Source: Ignavibacteriales bacterium | GTDB taxonomy: Bacteria > Bacteroidota > Ignavibacteria > UBA10030 | Assembly: GCA_031406095.1 (NCBI GenBank) | Contig: JANOGR010000137.1 | Span: forward strand, 1-32,000 | DNA length: 32,000 nucleotides | Direction of reading: 5' to 3' | Part shown: positions 14,961-22,421 of the stretch, in pieces | How positions within the stretch are numbered: the first letter of the stretch is position 1 | How the letters are laid out: each line of letters opens with the position of its first letter | The notes under the pieces: generated by a model | What the model was told of the DNA's origin: nothing | What the model saw: the letters and a program-made list of their open reading frames with translations, nothing else | Databases searched by the model: none | Position numbers and translations under genes: made by a program

Positions 14961-15533
14961 CTATTGCACCATTCCGTATCGCTTATTCTGTGCCGTCATT
15001 TTCACAAAATATCGAAGCCGCTGACGGAGTATTTCCGGCCTTTTCCTGGCAGCCGTAATCCATCCAATCCGGATTCGTTTGTACGAATCGGGGAACTTGA
15101 GAAAGTTTCTCCAAGCGCCGCTGCGCTGCTTCAATGCCCGCATGATGTCGCGGGGTAGGGCGACGCGCTCTTTGCGGGCTGCTTTCGATCCCGAGTCAAA
15201 CTCCTCGGGTAATTTTGCCACTCCCACCTTTGTCATCCTGCCGAGTTCCATCAATCTCCTGGCTCGCTCGAGGTTCATGGCAGACCACACGGCTTTCGGC
15301 TTGCGCGGCGTAAACCGCTGAGCAAAGCGGTCCCTGTCTATCTTCTTGAGTGTACTGTCGATCCATCCGTAGCACAAAGCCTCTTCGACAGCGTCGTTGT
15401 ATGGAATTCGGGGCTTTCCGGACGCCTTATTGTAATACACCAGCCAAATCTCTGTTTTAGCATCGTAGTGCTCCCTCAGCCAGACCCTCCATTCTCTCCT
15501 GTTTTTGGCGTAGTACGTTTCCGTGACTTTCAT
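14961..15533 (-). CDS. YdeI/OmpD-associated family protein (DUF1801-related)
   Basis: YYAKNRREWRVWLREHY...IWLVYYNK...YNDAVEEALCYGWIDS...RFTPRKPKAVWS is typical of the YdeI family. I placed the start at the ATG at 15533. Confidence 0.8.
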   Translation of the reverse strand: MKVTETYYAKNRREWRVWLREHYDAKTEIWLVYYNKASGKPRIPYNDAVEEALCYGWIDSTLKKIDRDRFAQRFTPRKPKAVWSAMNLERARRLMELGRMTKVGVAKLPEEFDSGSKAARKERVALPRDIMRALKQRSGAWRNFLKFPDSYKRIRIGWITAARKRPEILRQRLRYFVKMTAQNKRYGMVQ

Positions 15534-15584
15534 AAACGATTTTTGCGATAGTAAGAAGCTATGAAGGGGAGATAAAGCAATCGG

Positions 15585-15602
15585 TTTGCGGAAGGGGAGG
15601 GA
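15585..15602 (-). repeat. 18-nt direct-repeat copy of the tRNA-Ser(CGA) 3' end (tccctccccttccgcaaa)
   Basis: It is identical to 15939-15956, which covers the last T-loop base, the T-stem 3' strand, the acceptor 3' strand, the discriminator base and 4 nt beyond. It lies 4 nt past the stop codon of GIY-YIG ORF 2. Confidence 0.9.
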
Positions 15603-15938
15603 CCGACTATGTCCCAAAAGAAGGGACTTCGTCGGTTAAAATTCTCTTCTTCAAAATAGCTTTACCCGACCCAGTTTTGAAGTATTTTTCGAGTTCTCTG
15701 GCTTTGCTTTGTGTCTTGACCGCGATAAAAGCATTGATTGCCAACGGCACATAAGCCCTCGTCGATTGGACTTCGCCATTATTATGCTCCTTGAGTCTGC
15801 GCTTTAGATCATCTGTAGAACCAATGTAGATAAAGTCTCTTTCAAGGCTTTTAAGGAAGTACACGTACCATTCTGGCATTGTTCTCCAGAGATTTTGGTG
15901 TGTTTGGAGCAAAACGAAGTCTGTTTTCCAGACGCAGT
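15603..15938 (-). mobile_element. GIY-YIG cassette 2: 336 bp of unique DNA between the intact tRNA 3' end and its 18-nt repeat
   Basis: The cassette is bounded by the direct repeats at 15939-15956 and 15585-15602. It contains a single ORF. Confidence 0.55.
15607..15879 (-). CDS. Small GIY-YIG (URI-domain, COG2827/UPF0213-type) nuclease family protein, 90 aa
   Basis: WYVYFLKS...FIYIGSTDDLKRRLKEHNNG...KARELEKYFKTGSGK shows the GIY, YIG, R and E core. The upstream part of the tracked ORF (to 16038) is a translation of the tRNA and was trimmed. Confidence 0.85.
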   Translation of the reverse strand: MPEWYVYFLKSLERDFIYIGSTDDLKRRLKEHNNGEVQSTRAYVPLAINAFIAVKTQSKARELEKYFKTGSGKAILKKRILTDEVPSFGT

Positions 15939-15942
15939 TTTG

Positions 15943-16029
15943 CGGAAGGGGAGGGATTCGAACCCTCGATAGCCCGGAGGCTATTCCGGTTTTCGAGACC
16001 GGCCGATTCAACCACTCTCGCACCCTTCC
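15943..16029 (-). tRNA. tRNA-Ser (anticodon CGA), 87 nt, intact, no encoded CCA
   Basis: The manual fold gives acceptor stem GGAAGGG/CCCTTCC and D-arm CGA-GAGTGGTTGAA-TCG. The anticodon arm is CCGGT-CTCGAAA-ACCGG, followed by an 18-nt variable arm and the T-arm GAGGG-TTCGAAT-CCCTC. Confidence 0.9.
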
Positions 16030-16035
16030 GAGTTT

Positions 16036-16312
16036 CAAATGATCATTTATTTCGATGAGTAGGCAGGAAATGTTTCATCAAGCCATTTGCGTCCTTGACC
16101 GCTTTTGAGGAACATTTCACGATCCCTTGCTTCTTTCTTTGTCGGAAATGACTCCTTGAGGATTTCAATCCAGGGGGTACCACCCTTGGTGAACTTGCTT
16201 AGTCCTCGATTATGTTGAGAAATCCTCACCTTTGGATCCTTGGCGGATCCAACATATCGTTTTCTCAATTTTTGGCTCCACAACACATAGACCCAGAACA
16301 TATGCAATAGAC
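16036..16312 (-). mobile_element. GIY-YIG cassette 1: 277 bp of unique DNA (11 nt, a 255-nt ORF, 11 nt) between two copies of the tRNA 5' half
   Basis: The cassette is bounded by direct repeats at 16313-16382 and 15996-16035. Each repeat covers aaactc plus tRNA positions 1-33. The cassette contains a single ORF. Confidence 0.55.
16047..16301 (-). CDS. Small GIY-YIG (URI-domain, COG2827/UPF0213-type) nuclease family protein, 84 aa
   Basis: FWVYVLWS...RYVGSAKDPKVRISQHNRG...EARDREMFLKSGQGRKWL shows the GIY-YIG core. The tracked ORF extends to 16370 only by translating the tRNA fragment, so I placed the start at the ATG at 16301. Confidence 0.85.
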   Translation of the reverse strand: MFWVYVLWSQKLRKRYVGSAKDPKVRISQHNRGLSKFTKGGTPWIEILKESFPTKKEARDREMFLKSGQGRKWLDETFPAYSSK

Positions 16313-16376
16313 AGACCGGCCGATTCTCCGCCGGAGGCGGATGCGCCTCTGGCGCAAACCACTCTCGCACCCTTCC
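16313..16376 (-). pseudogene. Displaced 5' half of tRNA-Ser(CGA), positions 1-33. It ends between U33 and anticodon base 34 and carries a 30-nt twin-hairpin insertion in the D-loop.
   Basis: GGAAGGGTGCGAGAGTGGTT[30 nt]AATCGGCCGGTCT is identical to the intact copy outside the insertion at 16327-16356. The 6 nt upstream of position 1 (aaactc) are also duplicated. Confidence 0.85.
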
Positions 16377-16460
16377 GAGTTTTGGAGTAATTACTCTGAA
16401 AAGGTACGGAAAACGTGTCTGAATTCAAAGGTGAGCGAGAGATGTCGCGTATTGAGTTCG

Positions 16461-16489
16461 TTGACATTACTACGTTTATTCAATATATT
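16461..16489 (+). promoter_or_regulatory. Near-consensus sigma70 promoter for the Fur/PerR-family gene
   Basis: The sequence reads TTGACA, then 17 nt, then TATATT. An AAGGAG RBS lies 7 nt before the ATG at 16522. Confidence 0.65.
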
Positions 16490-16521
16490 TTTATTGCATT
16501 ATTTATGTAAGGAGAATAGCC

Positions 16522-16920
16522 ATGGAGCAATTGCAAGGCACGAAACGAAGCAAGCAACGTGAGAAAATTTTCTACGCACTCAAAACTACACGGTCGCATC
16601 CGACGGCCGAGTGGGTATACGAGCAGGTCCGCGGAGAGCTCCCTAAAATCTCCCTGGGAACAGTGTACAGGAATTTACATGTTCTGAAACAACAGGGAAA
16701 GATCCTGGAGTTGGATTTCGGAGAGGGAACAAGACGGTATGACGCGTTCACACATGACCACTACCACTTCATCTGTGAAGAGTGTGGAAGCGTAAAGGAT
16801 CTTGATATTCCTCAGCAGGCGGATATCAATGAACGTGCGAACGGGTCTGTGCCGGGTAAAGTTCGCTCGCACCGGCTGGATTTCTTCGGCGTGTGCACTG
16901 ACTGCATCAACAAAGTCTAA
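16522..16920 (+). CDS. Fur-family metalloregulator, PerR-like by context
   Basis: A winged-helix region (TVYRNLHVLKQQG) is present. The motif HDHYHFICEECG plus the C-terminal CTDC gives the two CxxC pairs. It sits directly upstream of two peroxiredoxins. Confidence 0.85.
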   Translation: MEQLQGTKRSKQREKIFYALKTTRSHPTAEWVYEQVRGELPKISLGTVYRNLHVLKQQGKILELDFGEGTRRYDAFTHDHYHFICEECGSVKDLDIPQQADINERANGSVPGKVRSHRLDFFGVCTDCINKV

Positions 16921-16945
16921 CCCGCCTTTTCACATCGAAAATCAA

Positions 16946-16984
16946 CCCCCGCGACGACGCACAGCGTCGAAGTGGGGCTTTTGT
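16946..16984 (+). terminator. Possible weak intrinsic terminator or attenuator after the PerR-like gene
   Basis: The imperfect hairpin ccccgcgacgacg-cac-agcgtcgaagtgggg is followed by cttttgt. Confidence 0.35.
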
Positions 16985-17045
16985 CTCAAGCGAACCCCAA
17001 AACAACCAATCATGACAACCGAAGATCAGTTCCAGGAGGAATAAC

Positions 17046-17519
17046 ATGCCAGTTTCAGTAGGCCAAAAAGCGCCGGATTTCACGCTCGCAGACACGGAAA
17101 AGAAGCAACGAACGCTCAGCGAGTTCATAGGAAAGAAAACTGTTCTCGCATTCTATCCAGGTGCGTTTACGGGTGCATGCACAAAAGAGATGTGTACATT
17201 CCGGGATTCGATGTCTCGATTCAGCGAGATGAATGCGCAAATTGTAGGCATTAGCGTCGATTCCCCTTTTGCGAACAAAGAGTTTGCTTCCAAGAACAAC
17301 TTGCAGTTTCCGCTCCTCTCGGACTACACGCGAACAGTTTGCGGGCAGTATGCCGGGGTTCAACAGGATTTCGCCGGCTTGAAGGGCTACATGACATCCA
17401 AGCGCGCAGTGTTTGTCCTCGACAAGAGCGGCGTCGTGAGGTACTCCTGGATTTCAGAAAACCCTGGGGTGGAGCCTCCGTATGATGAAGTTTCGAAGGC
17501 TCTTGCAACTGAGAATTAA
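17046..17519 (+). CDS. Peroxiredoxin (AhpC/TSA superfamily, AhpE-like)
   Basis: GQKAPDFTL...VLAFYPGAFTGACTKEMC...ISVDSPF..FPLLSDY matches the family. A GGAGGA RBS is present. Confidence 0.9.
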   Translation: MPVSVGQKAPDFTLADTEKKQRTLSEFIGKKTVLAFYPGAFTGACTKEMCTFRDSMSRFSEMNAQIVGISVDSPFANKEFASKNNLQFPLLSDYTRTVCGQYAGVQQDFAGLKGYMTSKRAVFVLDKSGVVRYSWISENPGVEPPYDEVSKALATEN

Positions 17520-17590
17520 TACCGAAATGATGTTTCGCTCACACATTCACTTTCCTCCATACCGTTGAACCAAAAAAAGGAATTGATCCT

Positions 17591-18043
17591 ATGTTGAGAG
17601 TTGGTGAAAAAGCCCCCGACTTCTCATTGCCGACCGGGGACGGAAAAGTGCTAAGTCTCAAGGATTTTCGTGGCAAGAAAGTAGTCCTGTATTTTTACCC
17701 GAAAGACGACACACCGGGTTGTACGAGGGAGGCGTGTTCGTTTGAAGAAAACCTCGATGCCGTTCGAAAAAAGGGAGCCGTGGTCATTGGCGTGAGCGCC
17801 GACAGCCCGGACTCCCATCAGAAGTTCGCGAAGAAGTACGGACTTAGTTTTCCCCTTGTAAGCGATGAAAAGAAGAATATCGTCGAGGCGTACGGAGTCT
17901 GGAAGCAGAAATCGTTCATGGGCCGCAAATACATGGGCATCGAACGGACGACGTTTGTCATTGACAAAGAGGGCAAAATCCAGAACATGTTCGAAAAGGT
18001 GAGAGTAGATGGACACACAGACCAAGTGCTTGCTGCCCTATAG
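17591..18043 (+). CDS. bcp: Thioredoxin-dependent thiol peroxidase Bcp/PrxQ
   Basis: [10 protein letters not shown]...[19 protein letters not shown]...GVSADS...FPLVSD matches the family. Confidence 0.9.
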   Translation: MLRVGEKAPDFSLPTGDGKVLSLKDFRGKKVVLYFYPKDDTPGCTREACSFEENLDAVRKKGAVVIGVSADSPDSHQKFAKKYGLSFPLVSDEKKNIVEAYGVWKQKSFMGRKYMGIERTTFVIDKEGKIQNMFEKVRVDGHTDQVLAAL

Positions 18044-18070
18044 GCGAGCAGCGGAAAGCAGGGTGATGGA

Positions 18071-18478
18071 ATGACGTATGTGACACGCAGGGAAACTTTC
18101 AGCGCTTCTCACCGGTTGTATAATCCGGCATTTTCAGATGCGAAGAATGCCGAGATGTTTGACAAATGTTCCAACCCGAATGGGCACGGTCACAACTATA
18201 TCCTCGAAGTGACGGTTGCCGGAGAGCTCAACAAAGACTCCGGGTATGTCGTGGACTTGAAGGATCTCAAGCAAATCATCCGCAAAGAAGTCATTGAAAA
18301 GGTTGATCACAAGCATCTCAATCATGATGTCGATTTTTTGAAAGGCGTTATCCCCACGGCAGAGAATATCGCAAAGGCATTTTGGGACATCCTGCAAAAC
18401 AAAATTCACGCGGGAAAGTTGTATTCTATTCGCGTAAGGGAAACAGAGAATAATTCTGTGGAGTATAAAGGTGCTTAA
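18071..18478 (+). CDS. ptpS: 6-pyruvoyl-tetrahydropterin synthase (animal-type PTPS; QueD superfamily)
   Basis: FSASHRLY...[13 protein letters not shown]...DHKHLNHDV...[11 protein letters not shown]...[11 protein letters not shown] closely follows the motif order of metazoan PTPS, including the catalytic Cys. Confidence 0.9.
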   Translation: MTYVTRRETFSASHRLYNPAFSDAKNAEMFDKCSNPNGHGHNYILEVTVAGELNKDSGYVVDLKDLKQIIRKEVIEKVDHKHLNHDVDFLKGVIPTAENIAKAFWDILQNKIHAGKLYSIRVRETENNSVEYKGA

Positions 18479-19052
18479 GAGCCGCAGACGGAACGGCCAA
18501 GGAAGAATGGAAGACCTCGTTCGAGATCTTCTGAAGGAAATTGGTGAAGACGCTTCGCGGGAAGGATTGGCAAGGACACCGGAACGGGTGGCGCGGATGT
18601 ACAAGTTCTTCACCAAAGGATACACCCAAGACATCAAGGAGCTGATCAACGGCGCCGTTTTCAAGGAAAAATACAGCGAGATGGTGATCGTGAAGGATAT
18701 TGATTTCTTCAGCCTCTGCGAGCACCACCTTGTTCCCTTTTACGGAAAGTGTCATATCGCCTACATCCCCGACGGCAAGATCCTCGGCCTGAGCAAACTT
18801 CCCCGGGTCGTCGAGATGTTCTCGCGGCGGCTGCAGGTTCAGGAACGCCTCACGCAGCAAATTGCCGAAACGCTGTATGATTGCCTGAAGCCTCAAGGAG
18901 TCGGCGTGGTGATGGAGGCACGTCACCTCTGCATGATCATGCGTGGGGTCGAAAAACTCAATTCCGTTGCCACGACGAGCGCTATGCTTGGCACATTCCT
19001 CAGGGATGTGAAAACCCGAAGTGAGTTCCTCACCCTCATCCAAAGCCGCTAA
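18471..19052 (+). CDS. folE: GTP cyclohydrolase I (FolE type I)
   Basis: [14 protein letters not shown]...[21 protein letters not shown]...RLQVQERLT...HLCMIMRGV matches FolE. The start is uncertain. It is either the GTG at 18471, which overlaps the PTPS stop codon, or the ATG at 18507, which is preceded by aaggaaga. Confidence 0.9.
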   Translation: MLKSRRRNGQGRMEDLVRDLLKEIGEDASREGLARTPERVARMYKFFTKGYTQDIKELINGAVFKEKYSEMVIVKDIDFFSLCEHHLVPFYGKCHIAYIPDGKILGLSKLPRVVEMFSRRLQVQERLTQQIAETLYDCLKPQGVGVVMEARHLCMIMRGVEKLNSVATTSAMLGTFLRDVKTRSEFLTLIQSR

Positions 19053-19060
19053 ATCCTCAC

Positions 19061-19786
19061 TTGAAGTCTCGTTCTTCCCGAGTTGTTTGGATCACAGGCG
19101 CGAGCAGCGGAATCGGCTGGACATTGGCCGAGGTTTTTGCAGCTCGCGGTGACTTGGTGATCGCCTCAGCCCGGTCGGTGCATCTCCTGCGAAAACTCAA
19201 GCATTCCATCGAAGCGAAGAGAGGCCGCTGCGAGCTAGCTCGGATGGATGTCAGGAGCGAGAAAAACGTTTCGGCAACAGCGAGAGAGCTGCTTATGCGA
19301 GTGAAACACATCGACATTCTCGTGAACAACGCTGGCATTACGTATTTCAAAGAATTTCTCGCGACGACGACGAAAGAATTCGACAACGTTGTAAACACCA
19401 ACCTCCGTGGTCTGTTTCTGACGACGAAAGGCGTGCTTCCTTCCATGTTGAAGCGAAAAACGGGTTTGATCATCAATGTTCTTTCGTTCGCTGCCAAGAC
19501 GACCTACACAAAATCCGGGGCCTATGCTGCGTCAAAGTCCGGCGCAGAAGCGATGATGAACGTGCTCCGAGCGGAACTCCGCGAGAAGGGGATCGGCGTG
19601 ATGAACGTGTATCCGGGTGCGGTGCTGACGCCGATGTGGTTGCCGAAGCACCGGCAAAAGTATTCAAATCAGATGCTCGAGCCGCAAGAAGTGGCTGAAC
19701 TCATCTACGAAGCCTCTGTTCGGGCGAAATCCGTGATGGTGGAAGAGCTCATTATTCGTCCGCCGGGAGGTGACTTGAGCGTATGA
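19061..19786 (+). CDS. Short-chain dehydrogenase/reductase, candidate bacterial sepiapterin-reductase-type enzyme
   Basis: TGASSGIG, NNAG and the YAASK catalytic motif are present. The TTG start and pterin-gene context fit. The C-terminal VEELIIRPPGGD tail is shared with the next SDR. Confidence 0.85.
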   Translation: MKSRSSRVVWITGASSGIGWTLAEVFAARGDLVIASARSVHLLRKLKHSIEAKRGRCELARMDVRSEKNVSATARELLMRVKHIDILVNNAGITYFKEFLATTTKEFDNVVNTNLRGLFLTTKGVLPSMLKRKTGLIINVLSFAAKTTYTKSGAYAASKSGAEAMMNVLRAELREKGIGVMNVYPGAVLTPMWLPKHRQKYSNQMLEPQEVAELIYEASVRAKSVMVEELIIRPPGGDLSV

Positions 19787-20496
19787 AGTTGAAGAACAAG
19801 ATCGCGCTCGTCACCGGCGCAGGAAGGGGTATCGGGAAGGCAATAGCCTTGACGATGGCCAACGAGGGTGCATCGGTCATACTTACGGCAAGAACATTGA
19901 GGGAGCTTGAAGGAGTACGTCTGACGATAGAAGAACGGGGTGGAAAGGCCCAGTCAATTGTAGCGGATCTGACAAAGGACCCAGAGGTTGAGAAGATTTT
20001 CTCTCAGATCTCCGTTGAGTTTGGGCGGCTGGACATACTTGTCAACAACGCCGGAATTGGACATTTTGCGCCCGTGAGACTGCTGGCGGCTAAAGACTTT
20101 GATGCCATGTGGAATCTCAATATGCGGGCGCTGTTTTTGTGCACACAAAACGCCATTCCCATGATGGAAAACCAGAAGTCGGGTACCATTGTCAATATCT
20201 CTTCGCTGGCAGGGAAGAATGCATTTGTCAACGGAGCTGGGTATGCCGCAACCAAATGGGCGCTCATAGGCTTCTCGAAATGCCTCATGCTCGAAGAACG
20301 GGAGTATAACATTCGCGTCATCACCGTGTGCCCGGGTTCTGTCGATACGAGCTTCAATCCGCTGGAAGGAAAACGCGGCAACTCAGACAAGCTTCTCAAG
20401 CCTCAGGATGTGGCGGACGCCGTTCTCACCGCGATCACTCTCCCGGAACATGCAATGATGAGCGAGATTGACCTGAGGCCGACGAACCCGAAGTGA
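19783..20496 (+). CDS. Short-chain dehydrogenase/reductase (paralogue of the preceding gene)
   Basis: TGAGRGIG, NNAG and YAATK are present, with the tail SEIDLRPTNP. The ATGA overlap with the upstream stop codon indicates an operon. Confidence 0.85.
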   Translation: MKLKNKIALVTGAGRGIGKAIALTMANEGASVILTARTLRELEGVRLTIEERGGKAQSIVADLTKDPEVEKIFSQISVEFGRLDILVNNAGIGHFAPVRLLAAKDFDAMWNLNMRALFLCTQNAIPMMENQKSGTIVNISSLAGKNAFVNGAGYAATKWALIGFSKCLMLEEREYNIRVITVCPGSVDTSFNPLEGKRGNSDKLLKPQDVADAVLTAITLPEHAMMSEIDLRPTNPK

Positions 20497-20551
20497 AAGC
20501 CGGTTTCCAGCCTTGAATCCCCTTACCGCTTTCGGTATATTGAAGCTGTCG

Positions 20552-22399
20552 ATGAAAAAGGTACTCTTTCCGCTGTTCGTCCTCCTTGCCCTGCCGCTTA
20601 TTCATTCCGGTTGTTCAGTTTTCACTCCCATCGGCGATGCGATTTCCCATATGTACGAGAACACTGTTTCCTACTTCAACGCTTATTATAACGCGAAACA
20701 GGCTTTCGACGATGCAGAGAATGAAATTCGAACGGCCACATCGGCGGCCAGGTCGCTGGGTCAAAAACGGACGAACAGGTTCGTCGTGCCTGCTTCAGCA
20801 AAACAGAAACTCACCGTGGTTATAGATAAATGTTCCAGTCTCCTCACGTTTCACTCAACAAGCAGCTTTGTCGACAACACTCTTGTGCTTCTCGGAAAAT
20901 CGCATTTCTACCTGGAAGAATTCACCAAAGCCGAACGGAAGTTTACGGAATTGATAGAGCAGTATCCGTCCAGTTCTTTTGTCCTTGAGTCAAAGCTGTG
21001 GCAGGCCCGCTCCCTCGACCATCTCGGAAAACGTGAGGAAGCCTTGAAAAGTGCGGAAGCTCTGGCGGCAGAGTCGGAAAGCCTGGGGGAAGAAGAAACA
21101 GCAGCAGAAGCGCTTTTATTGGCCGCTGCCTTGTATGAAGGGCTGGGGAATCAGCAAAAAGCGGTTGCCCAGTATGAGCGCGTAGCCGCATTGACCGACG
21201 ACGATGAAATGCTGGCCGAAACAGATTTAAGGCTGGCGGATTTGTACTTCAGCGCCGGCCAGTATGATAAAGCAGTTCCAGCTTACTATAAGGCTGCCGA
21301 GCTGACAAGCGATATCGCATCCGGCTATCAGGCGAAACTTCAGGCGGCGGTGGCGCTGCGTGAACGAAAGGCATTCAATGAGGCGCTCGAGGTGACAGAC
21401 GATTTGACCAGGGATTTTCGGTATAAAGAATATGTGGGAATGACACGTCTCGAGCGGGCGAGAATTCTGTTTGCAGGCGACAGAAAAGAGGAAGCCATCA
21501 ACGAGTACCGGTTTCTTGACACCGCATTTGCACGCACCGACGTTGGGCCTCTCGCCTCCTTTCGAATCGGTGAATTCCTGGAAAAAGAAATCGGCGATTA
21601 TGACTCGGCAACGACGTTTTTCAACAGGGCATCGCTCAATAGAAACACTTCCGTGTATGAGACTGCACGGCGAAAAGCTGCCGCGCTGACAGGTTACAGG
21701 GAACTTCGCCGGTCTGTTGCTCATGATGACAGTTTGCTCCTTGTCAACATGGAACACGATTCCCTTGCCATGAAGGCGGATTCGCTCAGAAGGTTGCTGG
21801 CGGGGGCTTCAATTGAACTGGGCGATATCTTTGAAGCGGATCTCATGCTGCCTGATTCGGCAGTGGCCTGGTATCGCTGGTCGCTCGCTTTGGGCGTGGA
21901 CAGTGTCAAAAGCCCAAGGGCTCTGTTTGTCCTTGCAGAGATTGCCGCCGCGCATCCGGACAAACAATTTGGAAATCCAAGGGATTACTATCTAAAGATC
22001 ATTCAACAATTCCCCCGATCAAAATTTGCCGACCAATCAAGGGAGATTGTTGGCCTCCCAAAACAAGAGCAACAGACGGATGCGGCCGAACAATTGTTTG
22101 TTGAAGCTGAACGTGACATCGAAAGGGAACGGTACGAGAGTGCTCTCTTGGCGCTTTCCGGTATCACAGCAAGATTTCCGGGATCGCCGTTTGCAGCAAA
22201 AAGCGAATATACCATCGGAAGGATCTATGAGCATCGTTTGTCAAAGCCCGATAGTGCCCTTGCCCACTTTAAGAAGCTCATGGAACAACACGGTTCTTCG
22301 AAGTATGCGGCCGCGATAAGGACGAGGCTGACCGAAATGCCTGCACCCGTCCAGGATACAACGAAGGTTTCTCCCAATGTGCCACAGATGAAGCAATAA
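20552..22399 (+). CDS. TPR-repeat lipoprotein
   Basis: MKKVLFPLFVLLALPLIHSGC gives a lipobox. Multiple TPR-like repeats follow. The C-terminal YbgF-like repeat is ESALLALSGITARFPGSPFAAKSEYTIGRIYE. I placed the start at the ATG at 20552. Confidence 0.75.
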   Translation: MKKVLFPLFVLLALPLIHSGCSVFTPIGDAISHMYENTVSYFNAYYNAKQAFDDAENEIRTATSAARSLGQKRTNRFVVPASAKQKLTVVIDKCSSLLTFHSTSSFVDNTLVLLGKSHFYLEEFTKAERKFTELIEQYPSSSFVLESKLWQARSLDHLGKREEALKSAEALAAESESLGEEETAAEALLLAAALYEGLGNQQKAVAQYERVAALTDDDEMLAETDLRLADLYFSAGQYDKAVPAYYKAAELTSDIASGYQAKLQAAVALRERKAFNEALEVTDDLTRDFRYKEYVGMTRLERARILFAGDRKEEAINEYRFLDTAFARTDVGPLASFRIGEFLEKEIGDYDSATTFFNRASLNRNTSVYETARRKAAALTGYRELRRSVAHDDSLLLVNMEHDSLAMKADSLRRLLAGASIELGDIFEADLMLPDSAVAWYRWSLALGVDSVKSPRALFVLAEIAAAHPDKQFGNPRDYYLKIIQQFPRSKFADQSREIVGLPKQEQQTDAAEQLFVEAERDIERERYESALLALSGITARFPGSPFAAKSEYTIGRIYEHRLSKPDSALAHFKKLMEQHGSSKYAAAIRTRLTEMPAPVQDTTKVSPNVPQMKQ

Positions 22400-22421
22400 C
22401 GCGGGGAATAGCAAAAGGAAC

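Noticed and set aside
15880-16038. N-terminal 53 aa of the tracked ORF 15607..16038 (MKLGRVREWLNRPVSKTGIASGLSRVRIPPLP...).
   Set aside because: This part is simply the translation of tRNA-Ser(CGA) and its trailer. The GIY-YIG domain begins at the internal ATG at 15879.
16036-16312. Whether GIY-YIG ORF 1 is a homing endonuclease inside a group I intron in the tRNA anticodon loop, or whether this is a split tRNA.
   Set aside because: Only 22 nt of the 277-bp insert are non-coding, which leaves no room for a ribozyme core. The sequence after the insert also restarts at tRNA position 1, together with 6 nt of upstream context, instead of continuing at position 34. The structure is therefore a duplication of the 5' half, not an intron.
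16302-16370. N-terminal 23 aa of the tracked ORF 16047..16370.
   Set aside because: This part is a translation of the displaced tRNA half and its 30-nt hairpin insert. The GIY motif starts right at the ATG at 16301.
16484-16521. A PerR or Fur operator in the AT-rich region between the -10 box and the SD of the Fur-family gene.
   Set aside because: Only a short direct repeat (ttatt-gca-ttatt) is present. I could not see a 7-1-7 inverted repeat resembling known Fur or Per boxes, so no operator is called.
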